Assembly: GCA_013239625.1 (NCBI GenBank)
Contig: MU056029.1
Coordinates: forward strand, 310,001 to 374,000
Origin: Lama guanicoe
Taxonomy: Eukaryota
Length of the DNA: 64,000 bases
Direction of reading: 5' to 3'
Positions within the stretch are counted from its first letter, which is position 1. Each line of letters opens with the position of its first letter. A program made the position numbers and the translations under genes. The notes beneath the pieces are model-generated. The model searched no databases, was not told the DNA's origin, and worked only from the letters and a program-made list of their open reading frames with translations. Shown in pieces: positions 51,831 to 64,000 of the stretch.

Positions 51831-54800
51831 CCACCCCTTGCACGGACTGTTCTGATTCATGCTGTGTCTCTCACTCCATCCAATGTCCACCACTGTCCTC
51901 TCCAGAATTAGGAGGGAGCCGGGCTCAGAAACTCTGGAATAACTAACTTTTCCTAAGGCCACCTACTGGGGAGGAAAAAAGCTGGAATTCAGGCTTGGGA
52001 CTTCTTGGTATGATCCCCAGAAAGCTTAGCTCTTCAACTGCAAATAACTGAAGTTTCAAGTTCAAATGGCCTGGTCCAAATGAGAGTGAGACCCGCTGGC
52101 CTGCCCCGTGGCGGCCGTCCCGGGCTCCCAGGCTGAGTGAGGCTCTGGGGTGGCAGCTGAAGTCTAGGCTGAAGAAAGGCGGCCCGGAGAGGCAGTGAGA
52201 GCCAGCCAGCCAGGGAACTGGCCCCCTGGGTCTAAACGTCAGAAGTGCAACCCAGACGAGCCCACCCCGAGCATCAGGACCAACAGAGGGCAGGGGCCTC
52301 CTCCCTCCCTTCTGCCGGGAGGCAGGACTCAGGACCCAGGGTGACCGGCCCCTCCCCTCTGCACTCTTCCTGGAGACTTTAGCCAGACTCCCTGCAGCAG
52401 GGCTGGTGGCCCCCCCCCCGAGTCACGGAGGGAGTAGTGTTCAACACACTGCCCCCAACTCACAGCCACCTCCAGAGCCCCTGGCTGAACAGGCCTGCTG
52501 GGGAGAGGGGCCCCTCTGCACCTTGACGGTCCTGTAGCAAATCCCAAATATCCCACCCAGTAGAGATGGTCCAGTCACAATGACACCGGGGTCTATGCGG
52601 GCAGAGGCCTGACCTGGCTGGCACCCGGGCTCCCTGACTCCAGCAGGGCAGGCGGCTTGTTGGGAAAAGTAAGAGCCAGCACAAGGCTGGACCAGAGCAG
52701 GAGGAGGGTTCACCCGGGGAGAGCTGCCTTTCGACCTTCCTCGGGCAACAGGCCAGCAAGAGGGACACGCACTGGGAACACTCGCTGCTGGCATGGTCTG
52801 CGGAGCCGAGTCAGCCTGGCTGGCCGTCCACATGAGGCATCTTTCCAAGAAGGAGGCAGCTGGGGTGTGGAGCCAGCTGAGGGCCGGCACGGAGGCGGTG
52901 CAGGGGCTGGGGGTGGACGAGGGGCGGCAGGATGCTCTCCTCCTGCGTCACCGAATCCCCCCACCCGGACTGGAGGTCCCCATGGAGACCCCCTCCAGCC
53001 TGGCCTCGTGTTACCTTCTCTCTTCCTAACAAGCGTCTCGCCTCTTTTTGAGGCGTTTATCTCTGGCCCTGTCGCTCCTCTTCAAGCCACAGTTCTAGAA
53101 AGAGTGGTTGAAAATATAATTCCTCTTCTATCTCCTGTGTCCTGGACTCTACCCACCCCTCTTCCCCAGGCTCCCTGGGGAGTCCAACATCCTGCAGACC
53201 AGACCTCCTTCCTGAACGCCCCTCTGCACCTCCTCCACCAAGTGCTGCTCCTGGAACTGCATCCCCATCACACCCAAGGACTCCTGCTCCCGAGCGCTGG
53301 GATCACTGTGTCCTCATTCCTTTTCTCACTTCCCTAACCCTCTGCCCTGTGTTGGTCTGGTGCCTCCCCTGGCATCAAACACGACCTCTCGACCTGTATC
53401 TTCAGCTCCTACTTCTCCAAATTCCTGACACTTGTTTTTTTTTGTCAGCTGGGTCCCTCCCTCCATCTGATGCACCTGCCAGCTGCTCACTCGGGAAACC
53501 CCAAACCCATTGTTCCTCCACCTATAGCTTCTCTGGATACAAACGTTGTGGACCAGCCATCCTCCCAGCCTCCTCCTCTCCCACTGGCTCTCCCTCCCCA
53601 GGGAACATTCGTGTTCCCTCCTTTACCTCCTCCTGAACTTCCCTCCGTCCCGGCTAGGTATATTATAGTAAAAACATTACTACACAGTCATATAGTAATA
53701 GGAATGTTAACAGCAGCAATGACCATCATAGTGGCCAATACTTACGAAGCGCTCACCCTTTGGAAAGCTTTCCGTGTATTAAGCGGACAAAGCTTTGCGC
53801 CAGTGACACGAGGTGGTGCCTGGATTCTCCCCATCACGCAGATGAGTGAAGGTAAGGAGTGTGCGGAGCTGCCGTGCTGGAGAGCGTGGGCCCCCGCGTC
53901 TGCCAGCCTCAAACCTGTTTAACGCCCTTGTTTAACAGAGGCAGCTCCCCGAGGGCAGGACTGAGAGCGGCTGACTGAGGCTGGCGTCCCCTCCAGGGCT
54001 CATCCAACCCGAGGGCAGGGCCTCAGAGGACCCCAGAGACGAGGAGGCGCAGGCTGGAGCAGTGTCTGGAGAAGGCGGTCTAGCTTTCCCTTTGGTAGAG
54101 CTGGCACCAAAAAATCGCGTCCCCAGGAAGAATGCCCCCGGGACACTCTCCCTAGAGGCCGCCCAGCCCCGTTCACGGCAGCTGCTTCAGGGTCCTTGGA
54201 AACCCAGCACCTGTTCTGTTTTGCCCACATGTCCCTGGAGGTCCGAGGTGGCACCAAGGATGTGAAGCCCGGAGAAGGCGACCTGGGGGCCACAGCAGAC
54301 CAGGTTTGGAGGGATGGTTGAGCATTCTCTCCCAAATTTACAGATTACATTTTAGCATTTTTTTGAGTTTTATCTTCTTTTAATGTGTTCCTTTAAGGGG
54401 TGATCTAACACTTGCAAGTTCCGGTGGATCCTCGGGCAAGAATCGGCAATTTCAGTGGGTGACGGGCTGTCTCTTGCCCCAGATGGTTAATGCTTTTCAT
54501 TCACAGATGCTCCCACCCTCCCAGCACAAGGGGAAGCCTACCGGGAGCTGGGCACAGGCAACCATGTCGAACGTGTCAGCAAAGCCGAAGCCCTGAACTC
54601 ACGCCAAAGCTCTCAGCCGTGGAGCCCCCTCCCCAGGAGCAGAGCGCCAGCCTCTCCCTGAGTGTCCGCCGGCAGTCACGCTGTGCCCAGACCACTAAGC
54701 AGGAGCCGGGTCTGCGGGCCCCTGGGGGCAGGACAGCAGGAGAGGCCCCAGTTCCCCATGTGGGTCACGCCCGCAGTCCCCAGGCTCTGCTCACACAGCT

Positions 54801-55179
54801 GGCTCCCTCTCTAGGGGGACACCCGAGTAGCATGACACGATTACAGAAATTTCCAAATGTACCCAAGAGCTGACGGACTGGCATTTACTTCCCAGAGACC
54901 CACAGCCCAGCTTCAGCAAGTCCCAACCTTCAGCCAGGCCCGTGTCATTGACACCCTCACAGTGTCCCTCCTTTCTGGAGAAGGGGCTGGGCTATTTGGC
55001 ACGCTCTAGATTAGCCTTCTGGTTCTGTCTGCTGCCTCTCTTTCCCTAACAAGAGCAAAATGAACATGCAAGCAGGCATTTCTTCCATTCGGTTCACTGC
55101 GTTAGCCCCGGAGCCCTGAGAGGGGCCCAACACACAGTAGGTGCTCAGCAAACACTTGTTCAATAGCTGAGTGCATGAA

Positions 55180-55341
55180 ATCGAAGTTTTAAAAAAATTG
55201 TGTTGGGGTTTTTTGGGGGGAAGGAGGAGATAATTAGGTTTATCTATTTATCTCTTTATTTATCTTAATGGAGGTACTGGGGATTGAACCTGGGACGTTG
55301 TGTACGCTAGTCATGCACTCTGCCACTGAGCTGTACCTTCC
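55180..55341 (-). mobile_element. vic-1-like SINE inserted in an L2-like 3' end
   Basis: TSD ctgagtgcatgaa (55167-55179 / 55342-55354); flank acagtaggtgctcag...gaatgaatgaa. Confidence 0.85.
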
Positions 55342-55900
55342 CTGAGTGCATGAATGAATGAACTTCCAGGCAGGCTCCGTGTAGACAATCGTGTCTCCCG
55401 TGTTCCCCACCTTCCGGGGCTGCTAGAGGGAGGGGAGGCAGCGGCTTCTCCCCACGGGCGGACCTGACAGGCTCTGAGCAAGCAGTCCCGTAAGCTCTGT
55501 GCAGGACAATGCTCCACCACGGCTGCGCCAAGGGGCAAAGAGCATACGCACACTATACCACACCCGACACAGCGGACCAGTGAATAACACGGGTCTGAGC
55601 TGCGCGGTTCCACCTACTCGCAGGGGTTTCCAGTTAACACATCTCTGCGCCGTCCAAGGATGGCTGAGTGCACACGTGCTGAGTGGCAGATCCAGAGGGC
55701 AGGCTGCGGGACCTGGGCACCGTGGGTTTTGGGATCCCCAGCAGGTCCTGGAACCAACCCCCATGGACACCGAGGGAAGACTGAATTTTTGACTGGGGTG
55801 GGGGGCTGGTGCCCTCACCCCCGAGTCGTTCAAGGGTCGGCTGTTTATTTACAGCCAGTTTGTCCTACAGGAGGGCACGCCCAGGAGGTCTGATACTCAC

Positions 55901-55986
55901 ATGCAACCACGGAACCTCGTCAGGTCGTTGTTCGGCTTCTCACACTCGATCACGCTGGTGAACGTCAGAGGGTTGAACTCGGAGAC
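55901..55986 (-). CDS. ATP10A: ATP10A exon 3 (86 nt) [28 protein letters not shown]
   Basis: cag acceptor, gtgag donor; translation matches P4-ATPase A-domain. Confidence 0.93.
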
Positions 55987-56112
55987 CTGAAATTACAGCA
56001 CGGACGCGTCAGAGAGACCTGGGTGCAGCCGTCCATCCTGGCTTCCGTCTCACACCCACAGCGGGCACGCGGCCTGAAGAAGGACTCTGCCTCATAACCT
56101 GTGCAGAGTCCA

Positions 56113-56657
56113 GCACACACACAGACATGTCTACATAGACACACAGACGTGCACACACACAGACACCCACATAAATATACACATGCACACATGCACACAC
56201 AGACACACAAGCCAGTACACACCCAACTCACACATACATATACACACAAAAACACACATGCAGACAGACGTATACACGTGCATGTACACACATGCATACA
56301 CATATACACGTGTGCACACACGCACACAACACAATACACACCCAATTCACACACACGTATACACACACATACACATATGCACATGCACACACATAGACAC
56401 CTACACATATACACATGCATATACATATATGCAGATATACACACACATACGCAGATATGTACACACACAAACACAGACACCTACACACATACACACACAA
56501 ATATATACACACACACATACATACACAAAACACACCCAACTCACATATACACATATACAGATACACACATACATGCATACACACAGATATATGCAGATAT
56601 ACACACACAAACACATAAACACGGATACATACACAGACGCACGTGCCCGCACGCACA
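56113..56657. repeat. ~545-bp degenerate (CA/TA)n low-complexity tract
   Basis: near-continuous purine-pyrimidine alternation with recurrent cacacccaactcaca units. Confidence 0.92.
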
Positions 56658-57312
56658 CTGCACTTGGCCCGTGTGTCCTCGTTCTCACAGCGAGTGACCG
56701 CGCGTCACTAGAGGATGAGCAGTAGTTAGTAAGACGGGACCAGGGCACCAGGGAGTGCAAAGGGCTGCATCTCTAATGCCAACTAAGAGCCTGTGAGGTA
56801 CGAGCAAGTGGAGAGATGGGTGAGCTTCTGGAGGCCGACCAGCACCTTCCAGCTTCCATACACACTGAGAGAAGCAGACTCCATGTGGCAAAGAGGAACT
56901 TACAATAAAAGCATCGTTTCCTCAATGTGTGCTAAAGATTCTTTGCAGACACTTGGTGAAAAACATTAAAACAACCAACATCTAAGCCAACAACTTCTTT
57001 CTTATTCTGCCAGATGAAGAAACAACAGCCCACCACCAAGACAGGCTTTCTCCGAGAATTTCGCCTTGACAGCTGACGGGCTGCCGCGCTCCCATGAACT
57101 GACGCGGAGTGGGGAGCAAAGAGGGGAGGCGGCGGAGGAACAGATCACTAAGTGCAGTTTCTGGAATTTTAAAAATCAGCTCGCTGTCATTGGGCTGGCC
57201 CTTCTCCTTCCTCCACCAAGAGTCACAGCGTGGTAAGAAACTGAACTGTCTCTGCTCACACAAGTGTATCATCACCAAGAAAAGTGCAGATGGTTAAAAA
57301 TCAGAGGAATGG

Positions 57313-57463
57313 GCGGGGGGAGGGTATACAGCTCAGTGGCAGAGTGCGTGCTTAGCAGGCACGAGGTCCTGGGTTCAATCCCCAGCACCTCTATTGAAAT
57401 AAATAATTACCTCCCTTCCAAAAAAAAAAAAAAAGGAAACAAAACTAAAAAGCAAAAAAAGAG
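57313..57463 (+). mobile_element. vic-1-like SINE
   Basis: 17-bp TSD aaaaatcagaggaatgg (57296-57312 / 57464-57480). Confidence 0.9.
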
Positions 57464-57686
57464 AAAAATCAGAGGAATGGTATAAACATCGCTGACACCA
57501 TTCCAGGTAACTAGCACTCCAGCACAGCACCGCCCGCCCTGGCACCGAACCCAGCCATGAAGGTTAAGTGCTCAAAAGTCACTCCCAACTGTCTTCCAGC
57601 ACAGCATCTCCGTTAAAAGACCTCACAGCATAGAAGTAGCTCAATTCAACAGCTGAAACTAAAATGCCACTTTAGAAGGCTCTTCT

Positions 57687-57960
57687 CCTTTTTTTTTTTG
57701 AGATGACTAAAACTTTATTCAACTTAGTGAAGTGTAAAAATTGACTACATTTTAAAAAAAATTTCATTGAGCAATAGTCGGTTTACAATGTTGTGTCAAT
57801 TTCTGGTGCCCAGCACAATGCTTCAGTCACACATAATATACATTTATTCATTGTCATATTCTTTTTCACCGAGAGCTGCCACAAGCTCTTGTATATATTT
57901 CCCTGTGCTATACAGTATAAACTTGGTTATCTATTTTATATATCCCTGTCAGTATCTAAA
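57687..57960 (-). mobile_element. L1 3' end with probable 3' transduction
   Basis: TSD aaggctcttct (57676-57686 / 57961-57971). Confidence 0.8.
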
Positions 57961-58438
57961 AGGCTCTTCTTGAAGTTGAATCAGCCATCGGTGCCCCCTC
58001 CCCCTGGACTGAAATGACCTCTGGCTCTGTTTAGAGTAAGGCTATGTTTCGAGGAGCCCTGTGTTTATCTAAAGCCCGGTGGATTATCTTGAAGCCGGCT
58101 GGTTGCCTTTTCCAGAGCAGACATCTGCAGATGCGGCAGCCAGCATGACCATGAAGGGAGTGAGTTCCACAGCACACCAGGGTTATTCTTGGCACTCAGG
58201 GAGAGCAGACTTAAAATACTCGGCCTCTGTTTATTATGCTTTCTCTCTAAGAAAAATGTCGTGTGCAGCTCCCAAATGGTGGAACATTCTGTCTCCGGGG
58301 CTCGAGAGCTGCCTTTGTGATGGTCTACCAATAACCACACACCTGGGGGATGCGTGTGCCAGGGGCACGGATGCCCGGCCTCACCTGCTTTGCCTGGAAC
58401 TGGGCAGGGCTTTTAGAACTGGAGGGATCTTTGGAGAC

Positions 58439-58731
58439 TGTTTGGGGTTGAACTGTGCCCTCTCACTCCTACCCCCAGAATTCACAGGTGGATTTCCTAA
58501 CCCCTGTTATCTCAGAACGGGGACAGTATTTGGACACAGAGTCTTTAAAAAGATAATTAAGTCACAGTGGCATCCTTAGGGTGAATCCCAATACAGTCTG
58601 CCTGGTGTGCTTATAAGAAGAGGAAGTTTGGACGACCACGTGGATGCCTCGATCTCAGACTCTGCGGCCTCCAGCTCTGTGAGAAAACAAATTTGTCCTT
58701 AGTGACACGGCAGCCCTAACAACCTGAGACA
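58439..58731 (+). mobile_element. MaLR LTR (MLT1-like), internally deleted
   Basis: ggggttgaactgtgccc...ctcagaac...tatttgga...cttataagaagagga...gcctccag...tgtgagaaaacaaa. Confidence 0.7.
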
Positions 58732-59146
58732 GAGACCGTCTGTGAGTTCCCCATTTAAAAAGGGCTTCACATCCGAGCACACCTTTTGGATGAGAAGATT
58801 CTACTTACATTGACTGTTTCCAACTTAACTGGCGATCCCATAACACCCTCATTTAAGAAATATATTTACTGATCCCTCCATCCAGTCAGCTACCTGTCTG
58901 CTTCATTCCAACCTGGCTTCAAGGTTTTGCCCAAGTCACATCAGCCAAACTTTGGCTGACTCGGCCTCAGTGCGTGGACGAAGGGTCCAGGCTACCCTTC
59001 CATCCCAAGCACGCTAACACCATTTTTTAAAAATGCAGATACAGAGTTGGGGAGGATGAAAAAGTTCTGAAGATGGATGGTGGTGCACGTTGTACAAGAA
59101 TGTACCTAATGTCACAGAACCGTACATTTAAAAATGGTTAACATGG

Positions 59147-59829
59147 CCATGATTAAAAAGTCAACACAGGGAAAAGGGAACCTCCCTACACTGTTGGTGG
59201 GAATATAGTTTGGTGCAGCCACTGTGAAAAACAGTACGGAGGTGTCTCAGAAAACTAAAAATAGGAACTACCATATGACCCAGCAATTCCACTCCTGGGT
59301 AGATATCTGAAAAAAACAAACACATCATCTTAAAAAGACACAGGCACCCCAGCGTTCACAGCAGCACTATTTACAACAGCCAAAACATGGAAACAAGTCT
59401 GGAGACGATCGTATTAAGTGAAACAAGTCTAACAGAGAAAGACAAATATCATGCAATATCACTTATATGTAGAATCTAAAAATGAAATGACACAAATGAA
59501 CTATTTACAAACGGAAACAGACTCACAGACATAGAAAACAAACATGGTTACCAGGGGGGTCTGGGTGGGAAAGGATAAATTGGGAGTTTGCAATTTGCAG
59601 ACATTAACTGCTATATATAAAATAGATAAGCAACAAGTTTATACTGTAAAGCACAGGACGCTGTATTCAGTATCTTGTAGTCACCTGTAGTGAAAAAGAA
59701 TATGAAAAGGAATACATGTATGTGTATGTAGGACTGAAACATGATGCTGTACACCAGAAACTGACACAACATTGTAAACTGACTATACTTCAATAAAAAC
59801 AAAAATACTATATAACAAAATTAAAAAAT
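59147..59829 (+). mobile_element. young L1 (ORF2 tail plus 3'UTR) nested in an older L1 3' end (~59040-59890)
   Basis: TSD aaaaatggttaa(c/a)atgg; cactgttggtgggaat, ccatatgacccagcaattccactcctggg. Confidence 0.85.
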
Positions 59830-60019
59830 AAAAATGGTTAAAATGGTAAATTTTAGTGTTACGTATATTTTACCACCAAAAAGTTTTTAAAAAGCAAATA
59901 CAAACATTGAGACCTGATGGTGAAGAAACAGCTTACTTGATTATATTCCACTTGATTAGAACGTAGCTCAGAAATCCAGGAATTTCAGCACAAATACAGA
60001 GAACTTTAGATTTAAGCCA

Positions 60020-60201
60020 GTGGAGGGTTGTGTAGTTCAGCGGTAGAGCGTGTGTTTCTTTTTTTAATTAATAATTTTTAATTAATAATTTTTTAATTTT
60101 CTTTAATGGAGGTACTGGGAATTGGACCCAGGACCTCTTATTAGCATGCACGAGGTCCTGGGTCCAATTCCCAGTACCTCCATTAAAAAAAAAAAACTAC
60201 A
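60020..60201 (+). mobile_element. composite vic-1-like SINE with internal inverted copy
   Basis: TSD ttagatttaagcca (60006-60019 / 60202-60215); see findings. Confidence 0.85.
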
Positions 60202-61569
60202 TTAGATTTAAGCCATCTGAGGGCCCCTCTGTAACTGCATCACCTACATCATCGTCATCAATTACCACTGAAATGCTCTGCTCTCTCACTAGATGCCAGG
60301 AATTTGCTCAGTGCTGTTCACCACCACTCACAGCACCACTATGAGGTCGGTGGTTTAATTTAATTTGGGGTGGGTCAAGGTCATGCCCAAGGTCAGCAGA
60401 CCTCAGAGGGACTGAGGGAAGGTCCTTGACCTCAGACATCCAGCTCAGCCGCGGACCTCACCGAGCCTATCTCGCATCAGCAAGAAAAGACAATGCCGTG
60501 TATAATAAGCCAGAAAGTATACAGTTGATGCTACAGAAATTTCCATATACACTCACACACGTCTTAAAGTTTCAGTGTTTGCAGAAGCATGTGTCAAGTA
60601 AGTGTACCCCGGTCTGTGTGGCGACACACCCCTCCCATCTTCAGCAGTGCCCGTGGGTGCAGGGCTAGCACAGAACTGGAGTGAAAAGTCGGGAGCCCTG
60701 GGATTCACTCCGAGTTCTTGGTGAGTGAAGAGCGGGCGCTTGGACCCGGCTCTCCGAGGTGTCTGGAGCCCTGTGGATGCACAGGTCCAGGAACGCAGAG
60801 GTGGTGCTCACCCACCCCATGCTGTGACAGCCGTGGCATCGGAAGGCGCTGCAGACACAGATCACCAGAACGTCACAGGCTGTCACAGGCTCGGACTCCA
60901 GCCAAGCTGCCTGCTGTCTGCAGCCTGGTCACAGCACATCCACTGTCCTGGGCCAAGTGCAGTCAATGACATCACTCACTGCAGAGCCCGCACGTCCAAA
61001 CTTAGCGGCAATAAAATGCAAACGGTCCCTGCGACTAGACTCCAAACATTCCTCAAGCTTCTTTGGACAAAGTGACTTGACCTTATTAGGTGGAAAGGAA
61101 GAGGCAGGAAGGTGACAAAAGGGTGAGCCCCGGGCCCTGCCCTTGAACTTGCATTTCTCTGGAAACTGCAGCAGCTGAGAACTTAACGAGCTGAGTTACC
61201 TGAGGGTGGTCCCTCCCCTCTTCCCTCCACGGATGCCCACACCCACCTCCTCCTGATGCCCGGCCCCGCCTCGGGGAGAACAGGGATCTGTGCAGGTGCT
61301 GTGTCCCCTGCTCAGCCACACGGGGAGGCCCGGTGTCTAATTCAGCAGTGGCCGGACTGGCCGCTGAATGAATGCTTGATTCATCGGGAAGATTCTGTTA
61401 CCAACCTTGTATTTCACATTAGCATTAAATGAGTTCCTGATCAGTATCCCATAAACGCAAAAGAGGACTTCCTCCATCCTAAAACGGAAGCAGTGATGTC
61501 TGAAGAATGATATTCATAGTCCAGTAAAGCACACATTTTTGTAAACTGAAGTACAGTTGGTTACAATGG

Positions 61570-61699
61570 TTTTTTTGGGGGGTGGAAGAAGAGGAGGTTA
61601 ATTAGTCTTTGTTTATTTTTTAATGGAGGCACCAAGGATTGAACCTAGGACCTCGTGCGTGCTAAGCACATGCTCTACCACTGAGCTATACCTCCCCCC
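61570..61699 (-). mobile_element. vic-1-like SINE
   Basis: body plus ggtaattag tail. Confidence 0.85.
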
Positions 61700-63026
61700 A
61701 GGACACTTGTATTTAATAAACTAGTTTATATTGCTTTGCCAATGGGCTAAGCACATGCTACCAGCAGGGACCCCACCACCTAGCTGCCCACGTGGAGGTT
61801 TCGGAGAGAGCCCGTGTGTCTTGGTCTCTGGGTGACACGGGTCCAGGGGAGGGTGGTGAGAGGACACGCAGAGCACGGTACCACCACCGCCACCTCCTGC
61901 ACCGGCGGCGGGACATGGACAGGCAGGTGCTCCTGTTCTGTGCCTCTGGGACCCTGTCCTGAAAATGCTCTCTGTGTCACCTGTCAGGATGCTCCTCTCC
62001 CAAGGGACTCGGGGTTTCCCTCCACTTTCAGCCTCAACATCACTATCCCACAGTGGCCTTGGAAGACTGATCACCTACAGCAGCTGCCGCCCTACAGGAT
62101 GAAACCCACACCTCCAAGCAGCAGCCAGGCTCTGCCTGCCCCACCCCACCCCCACCCCCGCTGACCCCTTCAGCTGCCACCACACCCAGCACCTGTTCCT
62201 GCCCTGGAGAAGCCAACACTTTTCTGCATGGCTTCCTTTGCCCTCCCACCTGACTCCCCCTGGCTCACTGTGCCCTCCATTCAGGATGTGACAGCCCCCT
62301 GCCCTCAGTTGGGCAGGCAGGTGTGGCTGCGTCAAGCCTGCACGGCCCCAGCACACACCGCTCCTTCACTGGACCTCAGGGTCCCTGAGGACAGGAGCTC
62401 TGCTTCCTTGAGACCAGCGCAAGGCCTGGTGCACAAGGCCCGGGGCTGACGGGTGCTTATCCTGCAAGGATCTCACGCACCACAAGCTTCCGAACAGACC
62501 CAGTGCTCCGTGCGGAGCGCTCCTGGAGGCCTCGACCCCTTGCTTACTGGGCGCCCGTCACCTGGCACTAAGGCACACGGGGCTGCCAGGGGGGCTCCAG
62601 AAAACACGGCCCCTCTTCTACAAGTCTGAGTGCGTGTCACTTGGTGGCAACGTGAAACTGTTTCTTCACAGCCTCTAATCTAGCTGCTTACTTATTGACA
62701 AAGGGCGAACAATAACCACATTAATTTAGGCAAAGCACTTAACCCAAATTACTGGAATAACTAACCCCAATTCTCATTTTCCATTTTCAATCCAATTTTT
62801 ATTAACTATACGCCTGTCAGTGCCAGGGGCATTCAAGAGAGGGCGATGCGGAGTGAGCGAATGCAAGAATTTACTTGTTTGCTGCTAAGACCGCACTGTC
62901 AAATCAGTATTTTCAGTCGGTTAACCTGAAATGGGAAAGAAATTGTCTCATCTACCATGATGTCCCCTGGCACGTAGAAGGTGCTCAATTAGTTTTTAGT
63001 AAATAAATAAAAACCCGAATGATGCC

Positions 63027-63534
63027 TGTCAACAGAAATAAAATCCCACAACCTGAGAGTTGTGGGTTACGTTTTATCGGGGGCACGATGAGGACTACAG
63101 CCGGGGAGACAGCATCCCAGAAAGCGCTGAGGAACTGCTCCACAGAGGCAGGGGAGACTCAGGATTACATGTGATTTCAGCGAAGGGGAGATGTGCAGTC
63201 AAGCACACACGGAGGCAGAGGCTGCTGCGAGTCACGAGGAGCAGATGTCACCGTTAATTATTTGAGCGCTCTTCTAGATATGAGGAAATGCAAGAATTTG
63301 AGCTAATAAAATCTTCCCCTAAAAATATCTACCCATCCGAAGGCCTGTTCTGCCAGTTTTTCCCAGAGCACAGAGCGCCTCATTCCTGGTCTCCACCCTG
63401 GACTCCTTTCAGGGAGTGTTGCAGGTCAGTGGCTGCAGTGGCTCGTGATTTAATCCAAGCAGAGGTAGATGGCAAGTGCCAACGTGATCCCGTTCTTGGA
63501 GAGGCAGATGGCAAGTGCTAATTTTTAGCTGGCA
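63027..63534 (-). mobile_element. probable solo ERV LTR
   Basis: TG...CA termini (tgtcaac/gctggca), ~500 bp, internal direct repeat gagg(t/c)agatggcaagtgc; no clear TSD; orientation tentative. Confidence 0.55.
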
Positions 63535-63681
63535 AACAGAAGGTATGGGGTACTAGTGTCAGGAGATACGAAAGGTACAAAGAGCCTTAAACCAAAGAAT
63601 CTTTTCCCTGATCAGTTTCACAGAGTCGGAGTAGCCCTGGGAGTTTATGCCCTGATACAAACAAAGTAGCATAGAGACAAT

Positions 63682-63802
63682 TATGAAAACGAATGTATGT
63701 ATGTATGTTTATGCATGACTGGGGCACTATGCTGTACACCAGAAACTGACACACTGTAACTGACCATAGTTCAATTTTAAAAAGTCCTTAAAAAAAAAAA
63801 GA
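63682..63802 (+). mobile_element. very short L1 3' end
   Basis: TSD atagagacaat (63671-63681 / 63803-63813). Confidence 0.8.
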
Positions 63803-64000
63803 ATAGAGACAATCACAAAACACATTTACGGAACTGATCCACGATTGCACTGGTGTGTCATTTAACGTGCCCTAGACACAGAAGTGCACAAGTGGGCTGC
63901 TGACAGCAGCCCGTGAGGGAGTGCTAGACCGTGGGCAGCACAGCACAGGATGGTTCTGCAGAGGGCCACACCCGCTGCCTGTGATGCCCTCAGCATCTCC

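Larger units (their letters stand above)
2171..55986 (-). other. ATP10A: ATP10A gene span (5'-partial, exons 3-21), P4-ATPase phospholipid flippase
   Basis: 19 spliced exons give a continuous 3903-nt frame containing [29 protein letters not shown] and GDGAND motifs; exon sizes and the cytosolic-loop and C-tail sequences fit ATP10A rather than ATP10B/D. Confidence 0.96.

Noticed and set aside
49277..53922. Cluster of 100-227-aa ORFs in intron 3
   Set aside because: GC-rich and repeat-derived; one spans a SINE; no motifs or exon structure
55965..56760. Overlapping His/Thr-rich and Cys/Val-rich ORFs up to 198 aa
   Set aside because: Translation artefacts of the CA/TG low-complexity tract
6678..61699. 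About 18 tRNA-Ala(AGC)-like sequences as tRNA genes
   Set aside because: They have A-rich tails, TSDs, a shared non-tRNA 3' extension and mismatched acceptor stems; they are SINEs
1..64000. CRISPR arrays, operons, retrons or other prokaryotic systems
   Set aside because: The sequence is clearly mammalian intron/exon DNA; no regularly spaced repeat-spacer array is visible

Overview
Mammalian genomic DNA, most likely camelid (Camelus/Vicugna/Lama), judged from ~18 copies of a tRNA-Ala(AGC)-derived SINE resembling vic-1. The window holds the 3' part of ATP10A (P4-ATPase phospholipid flippase) on the minus strand: 19 coding exons matching human exons 3-21 as I recall them (55986 to stop at 2171; 3903 nt, 1300 codons plus stop, frame intact), followed by a ~670-nt 3'UTR with an AATAAA at 1517-1522. 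Exons 1-2 lie beyond the right edge. Introns contain SINEs, truncated L1s, MaLR/ERV LTRs, hAT DNA-transposon relics and a long CA/TG tract. I see no prokaryote-type or wholly new multi-gene system. The most notable observations are a SINE containing an inverted copy of its own 3' half (perfect 36-bp hairpin with shared private variants), two GC-AG introns, a ~24-aa Pro/Glu/Gln repeat expansion in exon 10, an apparent C-terminal frame switch relative to human, two stop-free in-frame introns, and L1/SINE 3' transductions. Exon numbers, human comparisons and repeat family names are from memory, not from a search.
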